Made by a program: the position numbers and the translations under genes. Shown piece after piece: positions 48,273-57,977 of a DNA stretch of 64,000 bases. The notes under the pieces are model-generated. The model saw nothing but the letters and a program-made list of their open reading frames with translations, searched no databases and had not been told where the DNA came from. Numbering within the stretch: position 1 is the first letter of the stretch; every line of letters begins with the position of its first letter. This DNA comes from a candidate division WOR-3 bacterium. GTDB lineage: Bacteria; Hydrothermota; Hydrothermia; JBDRYB01. Location of the stretch: the NCBI GenBank assembly GCA_039803205.1, contig JBDRYB010000003.1, positions 4,999-68,998 of the forward strand, in the 5' to 3' direction.

Positions 48273-49778
48273 TTATCTTATTACGGCCTTGCCCTGACGA
48301 CTCTGACCAGCAAAGGAGAACTCCCAGAAATAGACGCCCCTGGCAATGGACCCTGGAAGAGAAAGCCTATTCTCGCCAGAGGGGAATTCTCCCACGAGAT
48401 CAAAGGCCTTTCTGCCCGTGGCATCGTAGAGCCTCAGGGAAACCTCGCCTCCCCTCGGAAGGTTAAAGAGGAAGTCGCGGCCCGCGGAGGCCACTCTCAG
48501 GAACTTATCAGGGACGCTCTCGTCCGCAGCAACGACATCAACCGTGTATTCAAAGTAAAGGTCTTGGGTATATGAACCATCAATCCAGTTGCAGACCACG
48601 GGAACCAAAATGAGGCTATCGTAATCCGCTGTGGGTATCTTGCTCGTGCCATAGCCGGTAATGTCGTCAACGGGTATTCTCATTGTATCGGATGGGTTCG
48701 CGGCCCCGGTCCTGTAGCCTATGACGAAGAGCTCCCAGTCATACCCATCAGAACCGTCAAAGTAGAAGTAAAGGGTGTCGTTGGGGTTGTAGTTGTAGAA
48801 AACCACATAGTCGCACCCGCCAGCGCCTCTCGGGTAGAATATCCCTTGGTTGCCGGAGGCGGGATAGGAACCATGATACTTCACAACCGTAGCGGGTGGA
48901 TAGAGGTTCGCCTCTGACCAGTGCCAATTATCCGCTCTCCCTCCGACGAACCATCTCCAAAGAGCGTAGTTCTCAAGGGCTGTCTTGAGATCGGTGCCGT
49001 AATAGGTGGAAAGGACATAGTCTATATCCGAATAGGAATGCGCGCCGACATTCACCCCGTATCTGTGCCAAATCATCTCTATGATAGCTGTATCTTTCAC
49101 CCAGAGCATCAGAAACAGGGCCCACACAACGCCGCCGTATTCGTAGAGATCGGTTGGATTGGTCATGTGGTTTATTTCGTAGTTGGGCCTCTTGAGGGGG
49201 CTTACCCCGTTCAGATAGCCCACATATTCGTTATCATTCGGGTAGCACATCTCCTCCCCCCACATGGCGCAGTTCTCCATGAACCATATGTTGGCCTGAG
49301 TTCCGAGTGAACGCTCGTATGCCATCTCGCAAGCGTGCATGAACTCGTGGACAACGGTTGCTCTGAGGACCGAAGCGTTCAGATTCTTGCCTATAACTAT
49401 GTAGCTCGTGTAGCTCTGGGGGTAGTTGCCGCCAGGGCTTTCCGGAGCAGTGTATCCGAGGACGCCGCCTGTCAGATACTGGACATACATGTCATACAGG
49501 CTATCCCCGCCCATAGACCCATCTGAAGGAGGCTTCTCAAAACCGAGCTGGGTCACATAGACACTCCACCCGTGCTCCGCATACATTGCTATGCTGTCCG
49601 CGTATGACTTCGGAACCGCGTGGGTCCCTGTTGTGTCATAGTGTATCTTGAAGTGGGTCGTGGTTATGTAGGTCTGGCAGGTTGGCCGGGCCTTCGGGCC
49701 CTTCTCATCAAACTCCTCTGCTATCTGAGCGGTGCCGCATATTCCCGGCACGCCAACGAGGGATAGTGCTATAAACAT
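48273..49778 (-). CDS. Secreted putative zinc metalloprotease (HExxH...E) with T9SS-type C-terminal domain, copy B (tandem paralog)
   Basis: VVHEFMHACE...ENCAMWGEE; THFKIHYDTTG N-terminal block shared with copy A; GGAGG SD; TATAAT about 25 nt upstream. Confidence 0.5.
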   Translation of the reverse strand: MFIALSLVGVPGICGTAQIAEEFDEKGPKARPTCQTYITTTHFKIHYDTTGTHAVPKSYADSIAMYAEHGWSVYVTQLGFEKPPSDGSMGGDSLYDMYVQYLTGGVLGYTAPESPGGNYPQSYTSYIVIGKNLNASVLRATVVHEFMHACEMAYERSLGTQANIWFMENCAMWGEEMCYPNDNEYVGYLNGVSPLKRPNYEINHMTNPTDLYEYGGVVWALFLMLWVKDTAIIEMIWHRYGVNVGAHSYSDIDYVLSTYYGTDLKTALENYALWRWFVGGRADNWHWSEANLYPPATVVKYHGSYPASGNQGIFYPRGAGGCDYVVFYNYNPNDTLYFYFDGSDGYDWELFVIGYRTGAANPSDTMRIPVDDITGYGTSKIPTADYDSLILVPVVCNWIDGSYTQDLYFEYTVDVVAADESVPDKFLRVASAGRDFLFNLPRGGEVSLRLYDATGRKAFDLVGEFPSGENRLSLPGSIARGVYFWEFSFAGQSRQGKAVIR

Positions 49779-49863
49779 GATCTACCTCCATTTCTGTTTT
49801 CCAAATTATAAAACATCTGGGTTCGGTTTTGCAACATGCAGGAGAGGTGGTTCGTGCTTGTCG

Positions 49864-51129
49864 CTAGACCCTTCTCCTCACCCTAATCCTCAGCCCCTTC
49901 ACCTCCTCAACGACGATGGTGTCGCCTTTGGATATGTCATCCGCGGCCTCCGCGAGCCACCTCTCTCCGTGGACGAAGACCTGGCCCTTCCCGCCGGCCC
50001 TTATGTCCTCAAGCGCCTCGCCCTCCTCGCCTATGAGGCCCTCCTTTCCCGTAGTGGGGCGCCACAGCTGGGCACGGATGGCCTTTCCAATGACGAAGAT
50101 AAACAGGAGAAGGGTGAGGATGACGACAACGGAGATGGAAACCCAGCTTATCCTTAAATATGGGACATTTATGTCAAAAAGCATGATAGAGCCGAAGAGA
50201 AGGGAGAGAACCCCTCCGGTGCCGAGTATGCCGTGGGAGGTTATCTTCACCTCCGCGAGCATGAGGCCAACCCCGAGGATGATGAGAAGGACGCCCGCGT
50301 AGTTCACGGGAAGGAGTTGAAAGGAGTAAAAAGCGAGGATCAGCGAAACCGCGCCCGTAACCCCTGGGAATATGCCGCCCGGGTGAGCGAGCTCAAACAG
50401 CAGGCCGTAAAGCCCTATCATCAGGAGGATATACGCTATATTTGGGTTAGCCAGTAGGGCAAGGAGGCTGTCCCTGAAACTCATTTCCCTCTTTATCACT
50501 CGTGCGCTTGCAAGCTCAAGCGTTTTCCCTCTCACGGGTCTGCCATCAAGGGCTATGAGCAACTCTTCCGGGCTGCTGGCGACCAGGTCAGCTATCCCAG
50601 CGGCAACAGCGCTGTCAGCGGAGAGGCTTTTGGAGTGTCTGACGAACCTCTCTGCCCACTCAGCCGGCCTCCCCGTCTTCGCGTAGAGGGAGGCGAGGTA
50701 AGCAACGGCGTCGTTGGTGATTTTCTCAAGCATGACCGAATCAGCCTTCTCCCCCATGGACACAGGATGAGCGGCTCCAATGTTTGTTCCCGGAGCCATG
50801 GCCAAGAAGTCAGCGGCCCCAGCGATAAAAACACCGGCTGACGCGCACCTTCCGCCAGAAGGGTAAACGAAAACGCATATGGGAACCTCAGATGCTATCT
50901 CCTCCTTCACTATGGTTCTCATGGATTCATCAAGGCCCCCAGGGGTGTCCATGTTTATTAGGATGAGGTCAACATGCTCCGAGTTCGCCTTTCTAATTTC
51001 CCTGGCGAGGTATTCCGTAACAGGCGGCGAAATTGCCCCGGAAACCGTGAGCTGGACCACAGTAGCTGAGAGAAGTGCCGAGCAAAGGGTCATGATTATA
51101 TTATAATCCACCCTTGGCGCGAGATTCAC
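49864..51129 (-). CDS. NfeD-like membrane-bound ClpP-class serine protease
   Basis: N-terminal ClpP-like domain, central TM bundle, C-terminal OB-fold NfeD region (GERWLAEAADDISKGDTIVVEEVKGLRIRV). Confidence 0.65.
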   Translation of the reverse strand: MNLAPRVDYNIIMTLCSALLSATVVQLTVSGAISPPVTEYLAREIRKANSEHVDLILINMDTPGGLDESMRTIVKEEIASEVPICVFVYPSGGRCASAGVFIAGAADFLAMAPGTNIGAAHPVSMGEKADSVMLEKITNDAVAYLASLYAKTGRPAEWAERFVRHSKSLSADSAVAAGIADLVASSPEELLIALDGRPVRGKTLELASARVIKREMSFRDSLLALLANPNIAYILLMIGLYGLLFELAHPGGIFPGVTGAVSLILAFYSFQLLPVNYAGVLLIILGVGLMLAEVKITSHGILGTGGVLSLLFGSIMLFDINVPYLRISWVSISVVVILTLLLFIFVIGKAIRAQLWRPTTGKEGLIGEEGEALEDIRAGGKGQVFVHGERWLAEAADDISKGDTIVVEEVKGLRIRVRRRV

Positions 51130-51226
51130 TACCTTGAAACGCTAACTCCCTAACCAGCTGGTTCTACTCCTCCCAGCAAAATTTCCAACCCGGAGGACGA
51201 AACCGCCAAGGATCAAGGTTTTACGG

Positions 51227-52813
51227 CTATTCTCCGAAGGCTCTCTTTCTAAGTCTTCTGTAGTATTGCCTGTATTCATCAATGTAACGGTCATAAGGAA
51301 ATTCAGGCAAGAGATCGTCCACTGCTAGCTCCCGGGCCTTTGCCAGAAGCGATTCTTTTTCATCCTGCTCATGGGACGATTCGGATCTGACAACCAAGTT
51401 TTCCAGCTCGGAAAGGTCTGTCCAGACATCGCCCTCAAGCTGGTAAAAATCGTGCTTGTGCACAATGAGAACATTTCTATCAAGGACCCTCCTGGCAAAG
51501 GATACTGCCTGATAAAGCAGTTCCCGGTTCTTCCTGTCATATCTCTTTCTAGGCCAGAGGAGGTAGAAGAGATGATCCGCAGCTATCCTGTGTTTTGAGG
51601 ACAGCAGGAGATAAATAAGAAACAAGGCTGATTTTCTGCTTCGCCATTCCAGAGGTTTTATTTCTTTCCCCTCCACATATATTCTTAGCTTTCCAATGAG
51701 ATAAGCCCTGATGCCCTTGTCTTTGTAGCTCTCTGATATTCCCGTCACCATAGGTTCCACCCTCAAGATGAACTCTCCGAGAATGGGGTCCTTTTTGGAA
51801 TTAGGATATAGGGGGATGAGGTGGCCTATGAGTTTCAAAGATTTGGTAAAGACAGGGCTATCAGTTTCCCAGGCCAAATAGGCGGCAGTAAGGCCCGAGA
51901 AAAAGGCTTCTGTGTTCTGATAAGCCTTAATATAATTGTTCGTGGCCTCCAAAAGACCTTCTGCGGTTTCCAGATCACTTTCCTTAAGAAGTGCTTCGGC
52001 CTCTTGGGCCGCGGCTTGTTCAGCCCAGGCTCCCTTTCTTGCGAGTTTTATTGCTTTCCTTATGAGCGCTTTGGGCGGCGGCTCAAGTCCTGTAAGCCGA
52101 GAGATCTCAAGGGCCTTGGCCAGAGGGACAATTGCATAGACCGAACCAAAACTCAGATGCCCCTCAGCGGATTTCATAAAATAAACTATACTCTCGCGAA
52201 GCTCTCCTGCTATTCTCAAACAGATGGCTTTAATTTCCTCCAGGACGCAATAAAAGATGCCCTTCTTTTCACTTCTCATAAGCGCATCGGTCATCCTAAT
52301 GGCTTTATGTGGGTTTCCGAAAAATAACTCATATATTATCAGATAATATTGAGCGGTTACGAGACGAATATCTCTGAGTTTCCCTTTGGATTTGATGCGG
52401 GACACCTCACTAAAACAATCGCGGTATTTGCCTTTCATAAAAAGGATGTGGCAAAAAGCAAGAGAAATTGCGTCTTGTGAATCTTCATCACCCAGCTCTT
52501 GGGCGATATCTAGCGCTCTAAGATAATACCTTTCAGATAATTCCAGTTCTCCCAAATCTACATACGCGTTGCCCATCAACCTCAAAAGGTAAAGAGTTGA
52601 AGCAGGATCATCACTGAGACGACTGAGAAGCTGTTGACCCTTCTTGATGGTCTGAGTAAACATATTTTTGTTGATACATATCCCCACATTAGCCAAGGCA
52701 AATGCTAAGGGATCATCCCTTTTGAGCCGCTCTAAATAGGCAACAAGCTTGTAGCTCATGCCTTCTAGCATGAACATCATGACAGCCTTCTTGGCCTTCT
52801 CGGCTCTGGTCAT
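51227..52813 (-). CDS. TPR-repeat protein with C-terminal OmpR/SARP-type winged-helix + BTAD-like segment (putative regulator)
   Basis: TPR-like helices; LRIYVEGKEIKPLEWRSRKSALFLIYLLLS...LFYLLWP...YQAVSFARRVL resembles trans_reg_C/SARP wHTH. Confidence 0.4.
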   Translation of the reverse strand: MTRAEKAKKAVMMFMLEGMSYKLVAYLERLKRDDPLAFALANVGICINKNMFTQTIKKGQQLLSRLSDDPASTLYLLRLMGNAYVDLGELELSERYYLRALDIAQELGDEDSQDAISLAFCHILFMKGKYRDCFSEVSRIKSKGKLRDIRLVTAQYYLIIYELFFGNPHKAIRMTDALMRSEKKGIFYCVLEEIKAICLRIAGELRESIVYFMKSAEGHLSFGSVYAIVPLAKALEISRLTGLEPPPKALIRKAIKLARKGAWAEQAAAQEAEALLKESDLETAEGLLEATNNYIKAYQNTEAFFSGLTAAYLAWETDSPVFTKSLKLIGHLIPLYPNSKKDPILGEFILRVEPMVTGISESYKDKGIRAYLIGKLRIYVEGKEIKPLEWRSRKSALFLIYLLLSSKHRIAADHLFYLLWPRKRYDRKNRELLYQAVSFARRVLDRNVLIVHKHDFYQLEGDVWTDLSELENLVVRSESSHEQDEKESLLAKARELAVDDLLPEFPYDRYIDEYRQYYRRLRKRAFGE

Positions 52814-53119
52814 GGGAATAGTTTAGAGATAGAGAACGATCAGAATCAAGTCGGAGAAGCTCCTTCGTCCGCACTCAACATTAGATTTGCAGAGCATTCA
52901 CAAGGAACGCACCGGTTCTGTTTCAGCTCTGTTTCAGTTGATTCCGTAAATATAGGCCCGTATGCACGGAGGCATAGAATAATGCAGATAACCTTGTTGG
53001 CAGCTCCTCAGACATGGAACGGTTGATATGGCTCCAAACAAACATGTATGCCTCCACTGCCCCAAACGGAGCAATGGTAGGCTTGTTCACCCCTGCAATC
53101 TCGCGGCAAGCGAGAACGG

Positions 53120-53188
53120 GATAAGCTTTGACTCTGGCGTCTATCTCTGGCACGCAGGGCCATATAAAGGAAAGGCAGTAGTGAGATG
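53120..53188 (+). pseudogene. Relic 3' fragment of an SBBP/CTD family gene (frameshifted; ends ...GVYLWHAGPYKGKAVVR*)
   Basis: At 53135-53188 the sequence ggcgtctatctctggcacgcagggccatataaaggaaaggcagtagtgagatga is near-identical to the array 3' ends; upstream similarity decays out of frame. Confidence 0.55.
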
Positions 53189-53197
53189 AAAACTATA

Positions 53198-53254
53198 GAC
53201 CGGCTCCGGAACCTGCTCACCTCCTATTATGCCGGAGCCGGCCTATTTTTCTTT
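53198..53254 (+). terminator. Rho-independent terminator-like hairpin after the relic
   Basis: gaccggctccgg (22-nt loop) ccggagccggcc followed by ctatttttcttt. Confidence 0.45.
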
Positions 53255-53283
53255 GAAAACGAAAACAACCTGGAGATTTTATC

Positions 53284-54822
53284 ATGAACAACTTGCTGTT
53301 AGCTGTCATGGTTTCGCAGAACCTCTTCGCGAAGACCTATGGAGGGACGGGTAAGGAGTATGCCTATTCGGTAGCCAGGACCTCGGATGGCGGATATATA
53401 GTCGCTGGGGGCACGGCCAGCTACGGTGCTGGACAGGATGACTTCCTGGTCATCAAGATCTCGCCCACAGGAACCCCTGAATGGACAAGGACCTTCGGGG
53501 GAACAAATATGGATGCCGCCTATTCCATAATCCAGACAACCGATGGGGGATATATGGTTGCTGGGGAAACCCGCAGTTTCGTGGCGGGAACCGCTGCTAA
53601 CATTGATTTTCTTGCGCTGAAGATCTCATCCACCGGAAACCCTGAGTGGGCAAGGACCTTTGGAGGAGCAAATGAGGATTTCTGTCGATCCATAATCCAG
53701 ACATCAGATGGGGGATACGCACTTGTAGGGTTCACCAGAAGCTATGGTGTTGGGCTGGATGACTTTTTGATCATCAAAATCTCGTCTGCTGGGGCCCTTG
53801 AATGGGCAAAGACATTCGGCGGAACGAATTATGATAATGCCTTCTCCATAGTACAGACCATAGACGGTGGTTATGTCGTTTCGGGTAGCACCATGAGCTT
53901 CGGGGCCGGCTACTGGGACCTTCTCTTGCTAAAGCTGTCGCCCACGGGAACCCTTGAGTGGGCGAGAACCTACGGGGGAGAAAATAATGACTTTACTACC
54001 TTACCCGTGATACATACCGCTGACAGTGGTTTCATGTTCACGGGGCACACGGAGAGCTTTGGGGCCGGTGAAGCGGATCTGCTTGTCATGGAACTTTCGT
54101 CCACCGGGGCTCCGGAGTGGACAAGAACCTTCGGAGGAACCGACTTGGATTGCGCTCGCTCTATAACCAGAACCGGGGATGGAGGGTTCGCGCTCGCAGG
54201 ATGGACATTGAGTTTTGGGGCTGGTTCTTGTGATTTCTTCATGATAAAGATTTCGTCCGCAGGAAGCCTTGAATGGGCAAGGACTTTCGGAGGGGAAGGT
54301 TGGGACGATCCCTTCTCTATGATCCAGACTCAGGATGGCGCCTACACGGTTGCAGGATGGACAACGGGCAGTTTTGATGGAAGTGACCCTGGCGATTTCC
54401 TTGTGATCAGGCTTGACCAGAACGGCAATTACCTGGATTGCATTCAGAGCTGTTCTCCTACCACAGGGCCAGCTTCCATTTCAATATCATCCCCTGGCGC
54501 GGACCTTATTCCCTGTAATCCTTCTATAACCAACCCGAATCCAAGCGTCACGACTCCCGGACTTCAGGTATATGATGTCTGTCCACCCAGTTCTATTGAG
54601 GAGCCAGACAAAGTCCAAACATGGCCCCAGATCATTTGCGTATCTGATATAAGAGGGGTTATTTTCCATGCTTCCGGGGAAATGGAGATAAAGATCTACT
54701 CATCCGATGGAAGGCTGTTCTGCTCCGAACAACTGCAGAGGGGACAGACCTCCATTCCTCTTGGCCAAGGAGTCTATCTCTGGCAAGCAGGACCCTATAA
54801 AGGAAAGGCTGTTGTAAGATGA
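53284..54822 (+). CDS. SBBP-like beta-propeller repeat protein with T9SS-type C-terminal domain (array member)
   Basis: MNNLLLAVMVSQNLFAKTYGGT N-terminus; about 50-aa repeats; Cys/Pro/Thr linker; C-terminal IPLGQGVYLWQAGPYKGKAVVR. Confidence 0.65.
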   Translation: MNNLLLAVMVSQNLFAKTYGGTGKEYAYSVARTSDGGYIVAGGTASYGAGQDDFLVIKISPTGTPEWTRTFGGTNMDAAYSIIQTTDGGYMVAGETRSFVAGTAANIDFLALKISSTGNPEWARTFGGANEDFCRSIIQTSDGGYALVGFTRSYGVGLDDFLIIKISSAGALEWAKTFGGTNYDNAFSIVQTIDGGYVVSGSTMSFGAGYWDLLLLKLSPTGTLEWARTYGGENNDFTTLPVIHTADSGFMFTGHTESFGAGEADLLVMELSSTGAPEWTRTFGGTDLDCARSITRTGDGGFALAGWTLSFGAGSCDFFMIKISSAGSLEWARTFGGEGWDDPFSMIQTQDGAYTVAGWTTGSFDGSDPGDFLVIRLDQNGNYLDCIQSCSPTTGPASISISSPGADLIPCNPSITNPNPSVTTPGLQVYDVCPPSSIEEPDKVQTWPQIICVSDIRGVIFHASGEMEIKIYSSDGRLFCSEQLQRGQTSIPLGQGVYLWQAGPYKGKAVVR

Positions 54823-54874
54823 GATTCTCTACACCAGACCAAGAGGCGAGTAGCTTCCGGGATATGCTTTACAA

Positions 54875-56164
54875 TCATTCCCCTGGATTCAGGACGATCG
54901 TCCTCGTATCCACTATATTTCCATGAGATGAGAGGGCCAGGAAGCAAACGCCCTTACCTATGCCATCAAGGCTAATGGAGTGCCTTCCGGGTTCAAGAGA
55001 CCAGGTTCTCAGTTCCCTGCCAATAGGATCATAAGCTGTCAGTTGGCCTGCCTTGGTAAGCCTGATTTCAACGGAAACAGTAGAGAGCATAACGATGCTG
55101 TTCTCCTTTGGCCCTGAACTCTCTCCAATCTCAAGGGGAGGGCATCCTCTGTGCGCGTAGTAGAGATCGCCAGACCTGTAATATGCTATCCTGGGGCAGT
55201 CATCTGAGCCCACCTGAAGGCTCCTGTCTGTCATCCAGTAACCTGCCCATGTATTGGGGTCAGCAACCTCTATCGTCCAAGATGATCCATTCCACACAGC
55301 ATATTTTAGCCTCTGGTTGGTCACATCGTAGTAGGCTATGTGCGGCCTGTCCTGGGAATCCAGGGCCAAAGAGGTATAACGCCCGACATCGCCCGCGGTG
55401 TCAACCGTCTGTATCTGCCAGGATGAGCCGTTCCAGTAGGCGTATTTGAGGTCCCGCTTGGCCGCTGATGAATCGTAGTAGGATATGTGGGGCCTGTCCT
55501 GGGAGTCAATAGCGATGGATGTCCAGAGGCCAACGGATCCAGCTGTGTCAACCTTCTGGGTCTGCCAGGATGAGCCATTCCAATAGGCGTATTTTAGATC
55601 ACGAGCACTGGCCCCGAAGCTGTAATAGGCTATGTGAGGCCTGTCTTGGGAATCCAGAGCCAAAGAGGTGCAAATCCCCAGTATATCTACCTGCTGTAGC
55701 ACCCATGCCGAGCCGTTCCAGTAGGCATACTGAATTATGCTGTAGCCATTATCAGAATAGGCTATGCACGGTCTATCCAGAGAATTAAGGGCCAGAGATG
55801 TCCAGAGCGTATTCCCTACGGTATCAACAGTCTGTCTCTGCCACGAGGAACCGTTCCAGTAAGCATACTTGAGATCCGAGTTCACGCCGTCTATCCAGTA
55901 GCTGTATGAGATGCACGGCCTATCCTGGGAATCCAGGTCCACAGAGACATAGCCACCAGAGGCGCTCCCTATGGTGTCAACCCTCTGCGTCTGCCACCCT
56001 GAGCCGGCCCATCTCGCGTATTTCACGCCATATGTTGTGAAATCGCAGTAGGCTATGTGCGGCCAGTCCTGAGAGTCCAGAGCCAGGGCCGCGTAGTAGC
56101 CAACATCTCCAGGCGCGTCCACCTGGAGCCAGCTCCACTGAGCTAAAAAGAGCCATACCATCAT
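54875..56164 (-). CDS. Secreted protein with about 8 novel ~47-aa repeats (KYAYWNGSSWQxQTVDTxGxVGxYTSLALDSQDRPHIAYYD)
   Basis: Start trimmed to MMVWLF with GGAGG SD; beta-propeller-like periodicity; C-terminal region ...GKGVCFLALSSHGNIVDTRTIVLNPGE. Confidence 0.5.
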   Translation of the reverse strand: MMVWLFLAQWSWLQVDAPGDVGYYAALALDSQDWPHIAYCDFTTYGVKYARWAGSGWQTQRVDTIGSASGGYVSVDLDSQDRPCISYSYWIDGVNSDLKYAYWNGSSWQRQTVDTVGNTLWTSLALNSLDRPCIAYSDNGYSIIQYAYWNGSAWVLQQVDILGICTSLALDSQDRPHIAYYSFGASARDLKYAYWNGSSWQTQKVDTAGSVGLWTSIAIDSQDRPHISYYDSSAAKRDLKYAYWNGSSWQIQTVDTAGDVGRYTSLALDSQDRPHIAYYDVTNQRLKYAVWNGSSWTIEVADPNTWAGYWMTDRSLQVGSDDCPRIAYYRSGDLYYAHRGCPPLEIGESSGPKENSIVMLSTVSVEIRLTKAGQLTAYDPIGRELRTWSLEPGRHSISLDGIGKGVCFLALSSHGNIVDTRTIVLNPGE

Positions 56165-56356
56165 CTTAAAAACCTCCTCGTTTAAGGTTTTTGTTTTCAA
56201 GGGAAACACGGGCTGACCGGAGGTCGTTCTGAAGAACGAGCCGTTCCGGCCGATACCCCTGTATTTTCTCGCACAGGGTCGCGGCAAACACGATCATTCC
56301 CAGCATAATCCCAGTATGAATTATCACGAATGGGTTTGCGAGCCTTTCCCTTATAT

Positions 56357-57883
56357 TCATCTCACAACCGCCTTTCCTTTATATGGCCCTGCCTGCCATA
56401 GATAGACGCCAGGATCAAGGGGGATGCGGGTTTGGCCCGCGATTAGATGTGTTGAAGAGGACAGGCGGCCATCCGGAGAATATATTTTCAATTCGGCCTC
56501 AGCTGTCGCATTGAAAATGAGAGCATGGGAAACTGGAAAACAGATCACTTCTGCGTCAAACCCGGCAGTCTCATCAACGCTTTCATAGACAGGGGCACAG
56601 ATATTGACTGATAGTGGTGTAATTGGTGGCGTCACAGAAATACCGGGGGTTCCGGTGGAGTGAGTCCATGGGGATGGGGACACGGAAAGATTTGAGGTAG
56701 CAAAAGTGGGAGTGACGAGACCCGGAGATTGATCAAGCACACACCCAGAATAGGTTCCGTCTGCGGCTGTTCTAAGCAGAAACCCATCCCTTTGGTTAAA
56801 GTCAAAGGTGGTGCCAGCGATCGCAAGACTGCCATCCGGGAGCTGGAGGACAGAAAAAGCCCTCTCCCAACCTAAGGCATTGAATGTCTTTGTCCAAAAC
56901 AAACTCCCGTCGGCTGAGCTGAACTTCATGATCTGAGCCTCGTCCCCAAACGGAGGTAGAATTTTCGTTTTGCCCACGACCACGAACCCTTCATCTGCCG
57001 TTTGGATTATGGAGTTGCCAATTTCCTGTACGCCTGTCGTTGTTTTTGCCCAGGAAAGGTTTCCAAGAGAGTTTGTCCTGATAACCATAAGTCTTGGTAT
57101 ATCCGCGAGATCAGGATCCGTCGCACCGGTTATGGCAAATCCACCATCCGAGGTTGGGACTACGGATAGGCCCACATCAAATATTGAATGATTTCCGTCA
57201 ACCATACCGTAGAAGGCTTTTGCTCTTCCTACGGATCCATCGGGGTTCAATACCAGTAACAGGGTGGCATTCTCTAAGGTAAAATCAATGTATTCCCCGG
57301 TAAAAACATAGCCGTCATCGTATGTCTGGGTCATGAATACATCCTGGGCCCGTGTATTGTATGACTTAGCCCAGCTTTCGTTTCCGGCCGCGGTAAGCTT
57401 GAGAAGCAGTATATTGGAATTATCAGACCCTCCTACTGCGTATCCCCCGACCCCTGGGGTCTCAATTACGGACCTGGCTTCTTCCCAACCCGAGGTTCCA
57501 AAGGTCTTCGCCCATGAAATATTTCCATCCTGATCCAGCCTCAGTACGAGCATATCTCTTGAACCAGCGCCGAAACTCTCTGTGTAACCAGCTATAACAA
57601 AGCCTCCGTCATCTGTGCATATCACAGACCAAGCGCCGTCATTATTTGCTCCTCCGTATGCCTTGGCCCATTGGATATTTTTGCCATCCGAGGTTAACAC
57701 AACGAGTAAAGCATCCGTGCCTCCGGCACCATAACTATTCGTTGTTCCCGCCAACGCAAAACCTCCACTGCCAGGCATCCGTGCCACGGAGTAGATGTAT
57801 TCATCACCCGTTGTCCAACCATAAGTTTTAGCAAATAGCGTCAAGGCCACAAGCACATCCATCATTATAAAGAGCCCTGTCAT
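56357..57883 (-). CDS. SBBP-like repeat protein with T9SS-type C-terminal domain (array member)
   Basis: LFAKTYGWT N-terminus, repeats, C-terminal IPLDPGVYLWQAGPYKGKAVVR. Confidence 0.65.
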   Translation of the reverse strand: MTGLFIMMDVLVALTLFAKTYGWTTGDEYIYSVARMPGSGGFALAGTTNSYGAGGTDALLVVLTSDGKNIQWAKAYGGANNDGAWSVICTDDGGFVIAGYTESFGAGSRDMLVLRLDQDGNISWAKTFGTSGWEEARSVIETPGVGGYAVGGSDNSNILLLKLTAAGNESWAKSYNTRAQDVFMTQTYDDGYVFTGEYIDFTLENATLLLVLNPDGSVGRAKAFYGMVDGNHSIFDVGLSVVPTSDGGFAITGATDPDLADIPRLMVIRTNSLGNLSWAKTTTGVQEIGNSIIQTADEGFVVVGKTKILPPFGDEAQIMKFSSADGSLFWTKTFNALGWERAFSVLQLPDGSLAIAGTTFDFNQRDGFLLRTAADGTYSGCVLDQSPGLVTPTFATSNLSVSPSPWTHSTGTPGISVTPPITPLSVNICAPVYESVDETAGFDAEVICFPVSHALIFNATAEAELKIYSPDGRLSSSTHLIAGQTRIPLDPGVYLWQAGPYKGKAVVR

Positions 57884-57924
57884 GTTAAAGCCTCCGTATG
57901 GTTTTTGTTTTCAAAGCAAATGCA

Positions 57925-57970
57925 GGCCGGCCGGGTTTTAACGGGAGGTGCAGAGATCCCCGGCCGGCCC
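57925..57970 (-). terminator. Conserved intergenic GC hairpin (ggccggccggg / cccggccggcc) flanked by T/A-rich tracts, followed by GGAGG SD of next gene
   Basis: Same element at 59533-59579 and 61155-61200; lies between the stop of the upstream gene and the start of the downstream gene. Confidence 0.45.
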
Positions 57971-57977
57971 TTTGTTT

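Noticed and set aside
52923-53220. Two small - strand ORFs in the 470-bp gap before the array
   Set aside because: No SD or motif; the region is better explained by the + strand relic 3' fragment plus terminator.
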